Assembly (NCBI GenBank): GCA_001642005.1
Contig: LWCA01000074.1
Coordinates: forward strand, 1 to 60,819
Length of the DNA stretch: 60,819 nucleotides
Reading direction: 5' to 3'
Origin: Intoshia linei
Taxonomy: Eukaryota; Animalia; Orthonectida
The translations under genes and the position numbers were made by a program. The notes under the pieces were generated by a model. That model had not been told where the DNA came from and did not search any database. It saw nothing but the letters and a program-made list of their open reading frames with translations. Positions 38,301 through 52,100 of the stretch are shown one piece after another. The first letter of the stretch is position 1; the number at the start of each line of letters is the position of its first letter.

Positions 38301-41300
38301 ATAATACACTGTACGACCACTCACGTAAAATAAACAATTTTTAAATAATTACCTTATTACAAATTACATTATTGCATATACTATATGCCAGATGCCATAT
38401 GCCAAACCTGTCGATCACAGATGATTTTCTAATCGATCGCCAAAATTAAAAAATTAAAATTAAATTTTTATTTTAATAATACTCAGTAAAATGATTCTTA
38501 TTTTAAAATATATCAATTAAATTAAATTATTAAATTAAATAATACTATATTAATTTTACGTTGACAAATTTGGTTTTGATGGAGGTTAATTATATTTTTT
38601 TTTTTCGTGCAATTATTAAAATAACAAGAATAAAATGTTATTTGTGTATTATAAACCTTATAAATAATATTATGTTAATTTTAAAAATACTGACCTTATG
38701 ATTTCAAATATATACAAGTTTATTATCACAAAATCGTAGGTGGCTCAAAACTTTCGATCGATAAAATATTGAATAATAATTTTTAACTACAGAAACAATG
38801 ATATATTAAGCAACCACAGATAATGGCATTCAGTTGCATAATAGATAGTTTATTTGTTTAGTCAATATTTTTTAAATTTTTAAAATCAGTTCACTAATTT
38901 TTGAGTTATTTATCAAATTCTAAAAAATTTATTGGTGGCTCAAGAATTTTTTCCGGCACTGTACTTGCTACATTAAATAACATTTCGATTAGTCCACTAT
39001 TTTTTATACTAGGTTTTGCCAAGTTTATAATTTTCAAATATAAATGTTACATCAAAATGTACATCAAAAGTGCTTCGAATTATTCGGAAATTTAATTTTA
39101 ATGTTTTCTACGATCATGTTTTTTAATTTTTAACATAGGTCCGATCAGAAACATTTTTCTACTCAATGTATTAATCGATCGCCACTCATTGAAAAATTTT
39201 AAAGTCGATCAAATCAAAAAAAGGTAGGCAACCCTGCTATATACAATTATTATTATACATTTTTATAATTTTAAAACATGCAAGTTAAAATGTATCAAAA
39301 AGTTGATTCCCATATGCTGGATACGAAATCCCAATGTCAGACAAATTATGATATCAATTTTAAACATAAACAACTATAATGAACTTTTAAAAATGAAATT
39401 TTATCAATTTATTGATTTAAACTGAGATCATAAATGTGGGGTCATTAAACACAAACGTTTTATGGTCCAATTTTTTTGTTTTTTAAATTTTTGCAAAATT
39501 TATTTCAATAAAATACATAAAAAATTAAGTAGAACATATCCTTAACTATATCAAGTAATTTACTATTTAGATTTTAGTACTTTACTAAATTTTAGTATTT
39601 ATAAAATCTGGACACTCTAATTTAGTTAAAAATGTATGTCTCTTTGTTTGTTTGTCTTATCCCGTTTATTTAAAGAAGTGAGAGGATGCGAGTTTTAAAA
39701 ATTTTATATTTATATTAAAATTTTTCGAAAGTATTGTCAGCGCAACTTTGCATTTTAGAAATTGAGTCCTACAAAGTCAAAAACCCAATTGTCCTTTTTT
39801 TAAATTCAAACCCGTCCTAGAATTATAAAAAATACACATTCTGATAAAACGTTTTAAATTTATCAATATTATGATAATTTTTAATTTTAAAATCTTATAT
39901 CTTCACGGCCAAAACCACAAATTACTCTTTTCAAAAAAATTAAGAAAGTCTCATAATTGTATACAACATAAATTTTGTAATAGTTTTTAAATTCATAAGC
40001 ATTATCATAACTGTTAACCTCAAAAAAGGCAATTTTCACCGTCAAAAACTTAGCTTATCCTTTTTTTTAAAAATGAAAACATCCCTAGAATTATAAAAAA
40101 ATTACAGCTGATACAGTTATATCCAGTAAACAAACAAAAAAACTTTCATTCTGACAAAGTGACGCCTTCTGGGTCAAAAAAGCACTTTAATATTATCTTT
40201 TGTTTATTTCGAAACTATTATTATATACTCGTAATAATAAGCGATGTCATAAATATTATTATATTTCGTGCTTTTCCTGAGGACGATTCAAATAAATATG
40301 TATTCACATTTTTAGTTTTTTAATTTTGTGCGTCCTTAATAATATTATTAATATTATTTCAGATCAAATTCATGCCAATATATAATTGTTAATTTCACCT
40401 TCCGCAAACTGTTTTTATAACACTTCATAAATAGAAAAAACTTCCCTGCCACATTACAATTATAATTAATTAATAATTATTAATGAACTACAGAATTTGT
40501 CGTAATCTGAAAATAATTTTATCAACTCTAATTTCAAACTTAAAAACATTGATTAGAAATTATTATTTGTTCATTAAAAAGATAATTGTCTATAATTTTA
40601 ATTAAACCATTGAGCCTACTATGAATGACATAAAATAATGCAATAAATTTTTAAACTGCCAATTTTGACCCTTACATCTGCTCTATAAATAATACTCATA
40701 TAACAAGACTATTCCTTATTTTAAAGATAACATAACATAATTGACGTGACTTTCGCTGATTTCAAAAATAAAAATAAAAAAATATTAAAATTTTTAATAT
40801 TTATGTATATCAAGTAGCAGTCATAAATCTTGATTTCAAATAATTTATTTTTACTAAATCATGTTTGGCTTGAATGGAAAAATTTAGGTGGTTAAAACTA
40901 CCAAAACTACTACTGCTAGTAAGCTAAAATTAAAGTTTAGAACATCTTTAGAAAGATACTGTCAAATCATATATTGTTAACCTTACATTAAACTTGTTTA
41001 AATTGTTAACTACATTCTAATGTAGAATTTCCATTTATGGCTACAGTCCATATTGACCATGCCTTAAAACGGCTCTGATTATCTTAACTCGACATTTTAA
41101 ATTTAAACCACACAAAATAGTTATGATATTCAAGAATATAATTTTTAAATGCTCAATTGGAAAAGTAAGGCTCCTTTCTACAAAAATTTTGCTCGAGCCC
41201 TCCAGAGGTCTCGGATTACGGTAGATTCGGGTCTGCCTGACTTTATTATAAATTATTTAAAATGAGGACAATGATTTAAACCAAATGAAATAATTTTCAT

Positions 41301-42234
41301 GTACAGACTCTGTATCACAGACGTGTGACATTTTTAATTTCTTTAAAGTTAATTGTTTGGATAAAAGGCACAATTACTTGAATACCGACGAGGGAGGATT
41401 GTCCATGTATTAAATAATTTCAAAAATTAAAATCGTTAATTTCATAAATTCAAAGTATATAATACTACAATAATAATCAACAGGGTGATCAGCTGTACCG
41501 GTACCAGAGCCAGCAATAATGTGATGACCGTGGCCAGCTGGTCACAAAAATTAAAAATACTCAGTAAACAGTTATCTCATATTGAAAAACTGTTTAGAAT
41601 TTGTTTTGTAAAATTGTAAATAATCAATAACACACAAACATTGCACCTTAGATAAATAAGGGTAACATGATTAATAAAATATGTAATGACTGTTAGGAAT
41701 ACTGAACCCATGCCCTAAAATATTTTAAAAAAACTTGAAATATTCTTCGGACGGAGATATCGAGTCACTAGTATGATTATATCGCGTTCCATTGAAATTG
41801 ACACAATTTGGAGTATTCCATGGATTATCACAAGTAGACCAAGGTAAAATTTTGGACATTGATTGATATAAATAATAAATTGTCCACGTCATAATAATAT
41901 TGTAATAGATTGTAAGAATTCCTGAAACAACAATCATACCTATACCAAGACCTTTGAAAATTGGACAAAGATCCCATACTTTAATGGGACTTTTTTTACT
42001 ATATTGTCCAAGAGATAATTCGATATAAAATAAAGGAATTCCACAAAGAATTAAAAATATAAAATACGGTATTAAAAATGCACCTATTAAAATAATTTAA
42101 AAAGAAAACACAAAATTACCTCCTCCATTTCTAAGGCAAATGTAAGGGAATCTCCATATATTTCCAACCCCCACAGCATACCCGACACATGACAGGATAA
42201 ACTCTAATTGGTTTCCCCAATATTCTTTTGTCAT
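32355..42234 (-). CDS. SLC6 Na+/Cl--dependent transporter, glycine-transporter-like (multi-exon; an upstream exon is possible)
   Basis: [119 protein letters not shown]; last exon 32487-32355. Confidence 0.95.
33598..33671 (+). tRNA. tRNA-Ile (AAT), antisense within an SLC6 intron
   Basis: Identical to 31640-31713; followed by T8. Confidence 0.97.
34134..35603 (+). mobile_element. hATm-like decayed transposon in SLC6 intron
   Basis: End TAGAGTGTCCCACTTTT. Fragments [21 protein letters not shown]...[11 protein letters not shown] match the hATm 'DTTASNTG...CRHHI.EL' motifs. Confidence 0.7.
38401..39236. mobile_element. Non-autonomous hAT-like element
   Basis: Right end AAGGTAGGCAACCCTG, left remnant GCCAAACCTG, repeated subterminal TCGATC motifs. 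Confidence 0.55.
39539..40220 (+). mobile_element. Non-autonomous Helitron copy (3' truncated)
   Basis: A|TCCTTAACTATAT start; body similar to 15331-15965 and 22920-23568. Confidence 0.72.
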
Positions 42235-42765
42235 TTGAATGTATAATGGAGCGATTGATAAGTAATCACAATTGAACGACTCTGAAAATTGCAAACTTGT
42301 TTAAAATAACGAGCTGGTTGTTTTTTCGCAGATGTAGTACTATTCAACGCAAAATTGAAATACGCTTTAATAAAGGTTATTAAAAATGGCTGTTGTATAA
42401 ACGTATGAATTTAAAAGTATAATGACACTGGTGAATCTATCCAAATTAAAAATTCAAGTTTAAGCACAAAAGTATGACTATTCAATATAAGAAATTTAGA
42501 GTATTTGATTTTTGATTATAATGTTGAAATTATATAGGTATCAAATTAAATATATCCACAGGTAAAATAAATAAATGTAGTGCAGTCATTAAATCATCAA
42601 ATAAAATTTTAAGTGTTAGGAATCGATATTACCTGAAATGATTTAAACATTATTATTAATTGTCAAACAATAAAAGACTCGAAACTATTTATTTAATTTA
42701 CATACTTTTAATATTTATTGCACGTTAACTAAAAAAATAAAATAAAAAATTAAATTGAAATTTTA

Positions 42766-43551
42766 CCAAATTAATCACACTGGGCAAGTTTTTAGCCATT
42801 TTATCCTTGCAATGATCACACTAAATTAATTTTTAATCCATTTTTATAAATGTATTTATTTTTTTATAACCCACGCATGTGGAAATGTACGTTATTGTAT
42901 ATATCAGTATCCAAATAAATAATGAGGATTGATAATATATGACATATCCAATTTCAAAATTGTAGTTTCATTTTGAATCAATAAATTACATAATTTTTTA
43001 AATTTTCCAATTTTTCAGTTTTTATAACATTGCAAATCAACTAGAGAAACAATTAGTAAAATAAAATAAATTAATTACATCTAAAGATTTTATCAATAGT
43101 GGAATTATAGTGTCTATTGAAAGATTGGGTGCAACATTTTCGATAATGAAATAACCTAACTCTGTAAATTCTGTGACAAGATGATGACAATTTACATATT
43201 TTTCCAAAAGTAATGAATAATAATTTGCCCAATCATTTTTAAAAATCAACACAATATTTTTAATATCTGTGCAAAATTTTTCTTCGTTTGTGCCAGACAT
43301 GCATATTTCATATAATTTGTCCTAATTTTTATTTGATACATTTTTACCATTTCATATTTACCTGCCTCAAAAAATTTTCCAAGTGAGCACATGTCTAAAT
43401 ATATAGGTAAAGTAATCCTTAAAAAATATTTACATTTCGATCCTGACAAAATATAAAATCTAAATTAATGATCACTGTAGATAATTAAAAAATAAATATA
43501 TAATTTACTCTGAAAGTATATAAACAATGACAAAAAAAGTATAAATTTCAT
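42766..43551 (-). CDS. Secreted Cys-containing helical protein, possibly saposin-like (3' end unresolved)
   Basis: Signal-like MKFILFLSLFIYFQNFIFC. Short introns join TCAHLENFLRQ, DKLYEIC...FC...NCHHLV...IIPLLIKSLD, LICNVIK and CDHCKDKMAKNLPSVINL. Confidence 0.55.
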
Positions 43552-44235
43552 TATGCGGTTTATAATAAATTCTAAAACTAAAACGATAATATAATTGAAC
43601 TTGTAGAACAAATGTTCAGTTTAATGTGTTAGAATGGCAGGTTTAATATTGGTCTGTTTGTTCAGTTTATTATTCTCAGACTACAATCGTAGTATCAATT
43701 TAAAATTTATGATTCAATTATATGAGATATTCAATATTTTGTTCCAATGATATTACGATTAAGTAACCATTTTATTTGTTTACGTTTTCAATTATTTCTA
43801 GACAGATTATTATAATTAGGATAGTTTGTAGTCTGTTATGTTTAGACTATTTAATATGGCACATGTTACATTCAATTTAGTAATTTATTTTAAGTCACTT
43901 TTTCAACTTTGTTTTATTTTATTAATTAAACTCATTTTTTAAATTTATGATTGAAAAAGATACTACAATTGTAATTAAAAACAGTATTGAAGTGACATTT
44001 AAATTAAACTATTAAACTACATACAATAGGGTCACATTTTTTTTAAATTTTTAGAATTTAATGGGCGGTTAGTAATCAATGTGTGTATTTTTAAAATATA
44101 AGCACTATGTCGCAATTAAAAATATCTAATGATACTTATCCGAGTTGCGTTCAGCATTTTAAATATACTTTATAAAATGGTACAGAAAATGTTAAAGTTA
44201 ACTTTATTTTTTGCAAAAACAACATTTTGATAAGT

Positions 44236-44497
44236 TGTCATAGTTTATATTTTATTGTATCAACACCCACGCTTAATTATACATTTCAATTTTTAAAATT
44301 TGGTTCTAGCTCGATTTTTATGGTTTTTATAGACGTTCAAATTTGGGATAGATTGAAAATTTTATAAACATTATTGCATAAATAACCGAAATTTGAACGT
44401 CTATAAAAACCACAAAAATCAAGCTAGAACCAAATTTTAAAAATTGAAATGTATAATTAAGCGTGGGTGTTGATACCATAAAATATAAACCATGACA
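44236..44497. repeat. Long foldback inverted repeat (~110-bp arms, ~43-bp spacer)
   Basis: 44236-44345 is the near-perfect reverse complement of 44389-44497 (e.g. tatcaacacccacgcttaattatacatttcaatttttaaaatttggttctagct). Confidence 0.92.
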
Positions 44498-44506
44498 TTT
44501 CCTGAC

Positions 44507-44662
44507 CTTTACGGATGAATTCAAACATTGCAGAATACATTTACTGAGAGGCGAGACTAAGTGATATATACTCATGAAATAGTCAAAATTGGGATTACCA
44601 CTATTTATGCATAACAAAAAGGTGCACAATACCACAAATATCAAAACACGATTGAAAGACAT
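44507..44662 (-). CDS. Putative first exon of a secreted protein
   Basis: MSFNRVLIFVVLCTFLLCINSG signal-like peptide; 52 codons ending at AAG|GTCAGG; downstream exons not identified. Confidence 0.45.
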
Positions 44663-46107
44663 TGAAAATTGTAAAAGGAAAAGTTTAGAAATTGCAAGGG
44701 TATTTAATCAATATTATATACCGTCTTGTCCCATAACAAATTAGAATTTTGTCTTTATGTTATAATTATGTATTTTTCAATCAATTTTCATTTATTTTTT
44801 ATCAATAATTTTAATGTATGTGTAAATATCAACATATATACATGTTATTATGTACATGTATCATATATTTTACATATTTATATGTAGATGAAATTTAATA
44901 TTATTGATAATATTGATAAAATTAATGACCATTGTTATTTTGTTAATGAAAAAAGTAAATGTACTAAATACTGCATTAACCAAATAAATCAATAATTATA
45001 ATATATTTAACTTTCGACAAAACGTTAGATTTTTTTATAAAAAATAGTATAACCTGTTTTAGAGTCAATTCTTAGACTTTATCAGTGTATCTAAAAATTG
45101 ATAGTGGCTTATTGCACACTATCAAAAATTCAAAATTTCTAAACACCACGACAAAATTAGCATATTAAGGTATATCTAAACGTTTTCCAACTACTTTTAT
45201 GACATCAAAGAGTTTTAAAAATTTTTACTTGTTAAATAATATTTTACAATTTTGATCTACATATATTATATATTATATATATGTATTAATTATCTGATCT
45301 ATGAAATGAAATTATCTAAATTTTATCAGTATTTACTTAAAATTTGACATATATACATATCTGACGTTTAAGATGTGATAAAATTAACTTTAACATATTC
45401 TCTGATTGTGAAATTACAAATAATATCAATCGTTATCTTTGAACTCCTAATTATTCTATTTTTATTGCATTCAATGCTGAGAATACACAATTTGTAATTT
45501 TCTAAAGCACGAAAAAAAGCTATTATTAAATCACCCTAAATTTTGGAAAAATTTTATTTCATCAGGATCAGGACAGAGGGACCGAGGTGTTAAAATTTTT
45601 TATATAATAATTGAAATGGATATGGTTTCTATGTTCATCTTGATAATGTATCCAATTTCTAATACAAATCCAAAATTATGTCAAGTTCCAATATTAGGGA
45701 CTAGAGATATATTTCAGTGTTTTATTTTTCTATTTTTCACGCTAACTGATTTCTCTAATTTCAATTCAGTCAAAGGTAGGAAAATATCATAAAATTGTTA
45801 CCTTAAAACAATAGTGTAATTCAATTAATAATGATAGCTGATTTGAATAGACAATTGTTTTAATTTTGTATGCAGTAATTCATAATGTTGTACATAATAT
45901 TGTTGTATTACTTTAACATTTATATTTATAATTTACACTTATACAAATTGTTGTATTAACTGTAAAAATAGCCTAATCAAATTATATTAATACACATTTA
46001 CAGTTTTATGCTATATTAGCAACATTATGTTACAATTAACTTGGACTAAACTAATTATTTATTTATATTAACTAATTATTATAGTAAATTAAAAATAGTA
46101 ATTAATA

Positions 46108-49100
46108 ATGAATTTTATACTTTTATTAATCTTTATTGAAAAATTTGGTAATATTTGTTATTTATTTCATCATTTGTAGTTTCTTCTCCAACTGTCAAAA
46201 ATATAACTCCAAAAAACATTGGAGGAGGAGGAGAAGTTTTATTGGTGATTACTGGAAGCGGTACTTGCTTTTAAATTTACAATCAACATTTAATTTAGAA
46301 TTTTCTACAAATTCCTTTTCATTGATTCCGAATGATCCCAATGTTGGTAATTTTGCATATTTGATAAGTAGAAGAACGCGAGTTGTATATAATTGCAAAT
46401 CGCATCCAAACGGAATGACCCAAAATCAAATACAGTGTTATACTCCGTAATATTGATATTTATATCAATATTAAAATTATATATAATAGTAAACTACCCA
46501 TTGATTCCTATTTTGTACGTATAAAGGTTGATGGAAAGGATATTACTGATTATAATTCCTATTGTAATGGATATCCTGAAGATTGGCATTGTTTGTTCCA
46601 TGTAATTTTATTTGATATCAATATGTTTTATTTTTATTTTATTGCATTGTAAATTAGGTAAAAAAAGATTTGACACCAACAATTGATTCTTTGTACCCAC
46701 CTACGGGATTACCTAGTTTGAATAAACAATACATGATTTAAATTATCAATTCTATTTTAGTCAATACAATTACAGTCATTGGGAGAATAATGACTACTTT
46801 TAGCAATGGTACAATGTTATTACGCAATAGTACAAATGGTGTTACAGCAAGATTTACAAGGTTTTATGGTTCTATATTACATTTAATATTTATAGAAATT
46901 ACATCGGCAACAATATTTGTCATTTTAATGACGTTGACAATAAATTGTAATTTTATTAAATTATCAATTACAGTAAACGCTTGGAAAGTGACCAGCTCGA
47001 ACGGGTCATCATTTCGTATAAGTGATCATCTCCCAAAAGTGACCACTTATTAAAATGTTATAACAAAACTATACTAATATAAATTAATTTACCGTATTTT
47101 TCGGAGTATAAGGCGTACCCTGTATAAAAACAATTTACAACACAAAATTCACATATAAGGCTCATTGGCGTATAAGGCGCGAGAAATTTTATTAAGAGAT
47201 ACTTATGAAAAATTAAGAATCAAATGGTACAATATATAGTTAGAAAAAAAATTTCCCTTCCAAAATCCTCATATAAGGCGCATTGCCGTATAAGGCACAT
47301 TCCTAATTTTTCATGTAAAAGGGTGCGCCTTATACTCCGAAAAATACGGTAACTATTAAAAGGTGATACTAAATATCAAATAGAAACTGCCGTCCTCGAA
47401 AAATCTTATTTTTTCAGATTTTTCCAAAATATTATATTTATCAATGGTAGTCGATTTTATATCAATCAAATAAATACACTAAAAGTCATAATTAGGGCAA
47501 GTAAAAGTTAAATAAGTTAAACTTTTATATGTTAATTAGCATGCAATTCCAAGCATGATCATACCAATATTACGTTTATTAATTAGCTAATTAAAATTTT
47601 ATAAAGTTAATAATGTTAATAAAGTCATTTTTTTGAAATTAAAAATAAACACTTCTATTTCATTCTAAAAGCTTCACTTTTACAGGAAAAATTTTGATCA
47701 TCACAAAATGATGTAAGATTAATTTAGCATGCACAAAACTATTAAATCTCATTATTTCAAAATTAACAACATAATGAATGTATTCTAATGAATTCAAGAG
47801 GACTGATAATTCACTTAGTTGTATAAATTGCAATTGCACTGTTTTTTAAGAAAAAATTCACTTTATTAAAGTTCACAGAAACACAAAAAACACAAATTGT
47901 CAAACGATACTCCTCCTCTACCTAATTTTTAAAAATGACTCATGATTTTACTGACCAAATTTTGGAGACATTTATATTTGCGGATATTTCACTCTATAAA
48001 CTGAACAACCCTAAAATTAAGGCCTTATTTTATTTTATGATTTAATAATAAATCCAGCTAAAGCGTCTGTCAACCAACTTGGAATAGACAATGCTTTGAA
48101 GTTGAAAGTTGCAAAATGTTGCAATTAAAAAAAAGTTGTCATAATATGACAGTCGTATAAACAATTAGTAAAAAAACTTTCTTTTAAGGTATTATAATAT
48201 GACATAAATTAATTATTTATGTTTTTTTCTGAAAAATATAACTTATTTGTTACAAAAAGTTGCGATTGGTTGCTCACTCATTTATAATTTTGAATTGTTG
48301 GTAAATGTCTGCATTTTAGCCAAAAAATGTCAAAATTTTGTCAAAAAATTTGGCCAATTCTTAATAACTCTGTTAAATATAACAAAAATATACTGTATGG
48401 CATTATTAATTTATTTGTATAATTATGCACACAAAATGCACCAATAAACATTTAAAAAATGATTTTAAAAATTTGGAAAACCCTTAACAACCCTGCTAAA
48501 TACGCGATTTTGCAACATTTGCCATCCCTATACATTTTTGTAATATTGATTCATCTGAAAATGTTAAATGAAATTTTGTATTTATATCAACTGGAATAAT
48601 CTCTATCAGAATTTGATTTTTCAATTTTCGACTGTTATTATTTCACATTTCTTTTTATTACATTGTTAATAAAATAATTCGGAAAAAAAAATATAACTAC
48701 TAAAAAGCTTTTTTGACCATGAAGGCGTAACTTATTCAGATTGAATTTTTTTGTGTGTTAACAGGACACAACTGTACCACCTGTAAATTTTTTTAAATTC
48801 TAGAGCTATTTTCATAAAAAAAGGTAATTTGTGGTTTTGGCCCTGAAGAAATAATTTTTTTAAATTTAAATTTATAATAATGTTTATGATTTTAAAATCT
48901 GCATCAGCGTATATATTTTTTTAAATTCCTCTTCCCTTTTTTTAAAAACTCGTTTGATTTTCAAAAAGAGGGACAATTGGGGTTTTTGACCCGTAAGATG
49001 TGAGTTTGGGAGGTTGAAATTTATCTTATTATACGTCTTGGAAAAAAATTGTATTTGAAATGTGGACTTTATAAAATTCTAAGACTGTTAGTTATTTCAA

Positions 49101-52100
49101 TAAAGTGGAACACAGACAGACACACAAACAAAAATCGCGTAGCATATTATATAAGTTAGGATAAATGTTTTATATTTCATGTTTCTTTTGGGATCCAAAA
49201 AAATAAAATTTTGAAATGGAGGTCCGTACATTATTTAAATTATTATTATTTGAATCGTGAACCACTGATGTAGAGAAATATAATTGTAAACTGAATTGTT
49301 AATTTAAATTAATTTAGAATTCACATAAAATTATACGGAAATAATGGAAACTCGAAAGAAGGTGAATATAAGTGTCGATTTTCTAGTAAATACATTGGTT
49401 TGATTTTTTTTATACTATAAAATTTTACATTTAGGGGCATATCGTTCACATTTTATAATTGAAAAAGAATTTGGAAAGTAATAAATATGAAATAATAACT
49501 ATAATAATATTTATAGGAGTATAATAAATACAAACGCTATGCGAATCTGTTACAATGATAAACCTTGTTTATATGAATCTTACGCATGTATTAAAAAATT
49601 AAAATAAAATAATTAATAAATATTTGAAAATAGATGTGGATAAAGTCAGTACAACTACAATTTCAACGGGTATGCACATTAGCTTGGAAGGAAACTATTT
49701 ATCTGATGAGACAAATTTTCCAATTATAGTAGAAATTTCAAGTAAAATTAATAATTTAATATTAAACTTTGACTACATTAGGAATGTATACATTATATAC
49801 ATTCAAATGTGTATATTTAAATTTAGATGCACCAGCAAAAGTTTTAACTAAAGCAGACAACAAACTTGTCATTATAGCTCCAAAATTTTCTAATTTACAA
49901 AAATTAGACAATTATCCAGGTTAAGATAATTTTATTAATGATTCAATCACGAAATTTTAATTTAATAATTTATAATTATAATCATTCATTTTACAGGTAA
50001 CAGAGGATCAACATTAGAAATATGGAGAGGTAAAGTGTTGGAATTTGTTGATTTAGAAAATATAAATAAATTAACATCAAACGAAATTGGAGTTAAATAT
50101 GAATTAAAGTATTTTGAGGATACTGCAATTAATTTAGTAGAAGATTTGGAATTATCTGGAAAATTTAGTGGATTTTTTATTCCTAATGTTGATGGAGCTT
50201 ATAAATTTTTCATCATGTCTACTGGAATAGGTACATTGTATGTATCAACAGATGAAAACTCTAATAATAAGGTAAAATATATATAAATCATAATTTATAC
50301 CTTAAAATAATTAAAATAGGAAAAAATTGCATCAATTGACAAATATGGTTCAGGTGACAAAGGCACATTGGTTAATGGAAACAAAGAAAACAATCTATTA
50401 GCAAATAAAAAGTGATACTTGCATTTATTTTTATGTCTATTTCTTTGATTATTATAGTTTTATTTCAGATATTATTATGAAATGTTGTTTGTCATCAAAA
50501 CTAAATTGAAAATTGTTAATATTGGGTTCATTCAATATGACAGTAAATCACTAGAATCTGTGACTGCGTATGCCAAAAATGAGAAACAATCAATTGTATT
50601 GTCCAAAAATAAAATTTATCATGAATTGGTAATATAATAATACAAAATTTAATGTGTAATTAAATTAAATTTACAAAAATATAGTGAAAACACAGTGAAA
50701 CTGGTTTAAGTACACGTAAAAAGTATTGTGGACCACAATTAACCGTTAATTCGAAATTATGACAATTCAAAATTTGTATATAATTTATAGTCACTGGTTA
50801 ATTGTAAAATATTTCAAATTAAAAATATATTATTCATACATTTTGTTATACAATTAAACTGACTAATTTAAAATCGATACATAACTTTTCAAATGAAACA
50901 TTGATATTACATTTGATGCAAAATAAATTGTTTTCACGCACTATAAATTCAGCTGGATATAACCTTAAAATACTGCATATTTTTTCAGAGCGACTTTCAG
51001 CTGATTTTAGAATGCTAATAATGACATACATTGTATAGATTTTAACAATTATTTGTAGAATCGCACGTGAATTATAAAATCTTTAATATAAAAATATTGA
51101 TTTGTCAAAAATTAATTTAATTAAAATTTAAAATAAATTTTAACTTTTTTAATTTTTAAAATATAATTTAAACAATTAATATACTTAATATTGATATCAT
51201 AATGCTTGTAATTTCATGCTGATTAACATATCAAAAATTAACTTTTGGCCGCCCATACTTATGACTATATTATTATCAGGAAAATATATTTTATAGAATA
51301 TATAAAAATTGGTAAAAGCATTGAAAACTTGTGACACTCTCAGATGCTTTTAAATATCTAATAAACTCTGTAAAATCTAATAAATATTTATATATGAGAA
51401 AAATTATCATGAAAACTAGAAATACAGTATATCTTACTTATAAATTCATTAATAATTGTAATTAATAAATATTTTAGCAAATCGATTTTGGACAATTGAC
51501 GGAAACGACAGGCTCAAATATAGAAATCCAGTCATATGCAATTAGAATAAGCGCCATTGTAGTTGGATCTGAATTTAGATTATGTTGGGTAAATACAAAA
51601 CTATGCACTGTTAAATTAACAATGTCTTCCAATGAAAATGATTTTAAATTGGCTATAAACAATGTTGTTCAAAAAGAAAGTAAAATAATTATAAAATTGG
51701 AAAGTATTTCTAGTGCAAATGTATTGACAATATCCACAATTACAACTTCTGGTATTAAATACAAATATCTTTAATAAAAATTAGTTTTAATTACAATTAT
51801 TAAAATTATAATACATTATTATTGTTTTAGTGCAGTGGTTCCCAAAGTGGTCCACAGGAACATAAAGTTATAGGTGGTCCACAAGAAAAAATTTTAAATA
51901 AAATGAAGATAACCTTTTTTTAACAATAATAATAATAAATTAAAATTATATTGATCATTTATTATTATTATTAGTGAACATAAACATCATTTAATCAAAA
52001 TGAAGTGAAAATTTACTGACTGAATAACATGAATAATTTTCATGTGCGTTAAATTTAATCTATGTAACTATTTAACTTAGTTCGATTGTAGTCTCCGGAA

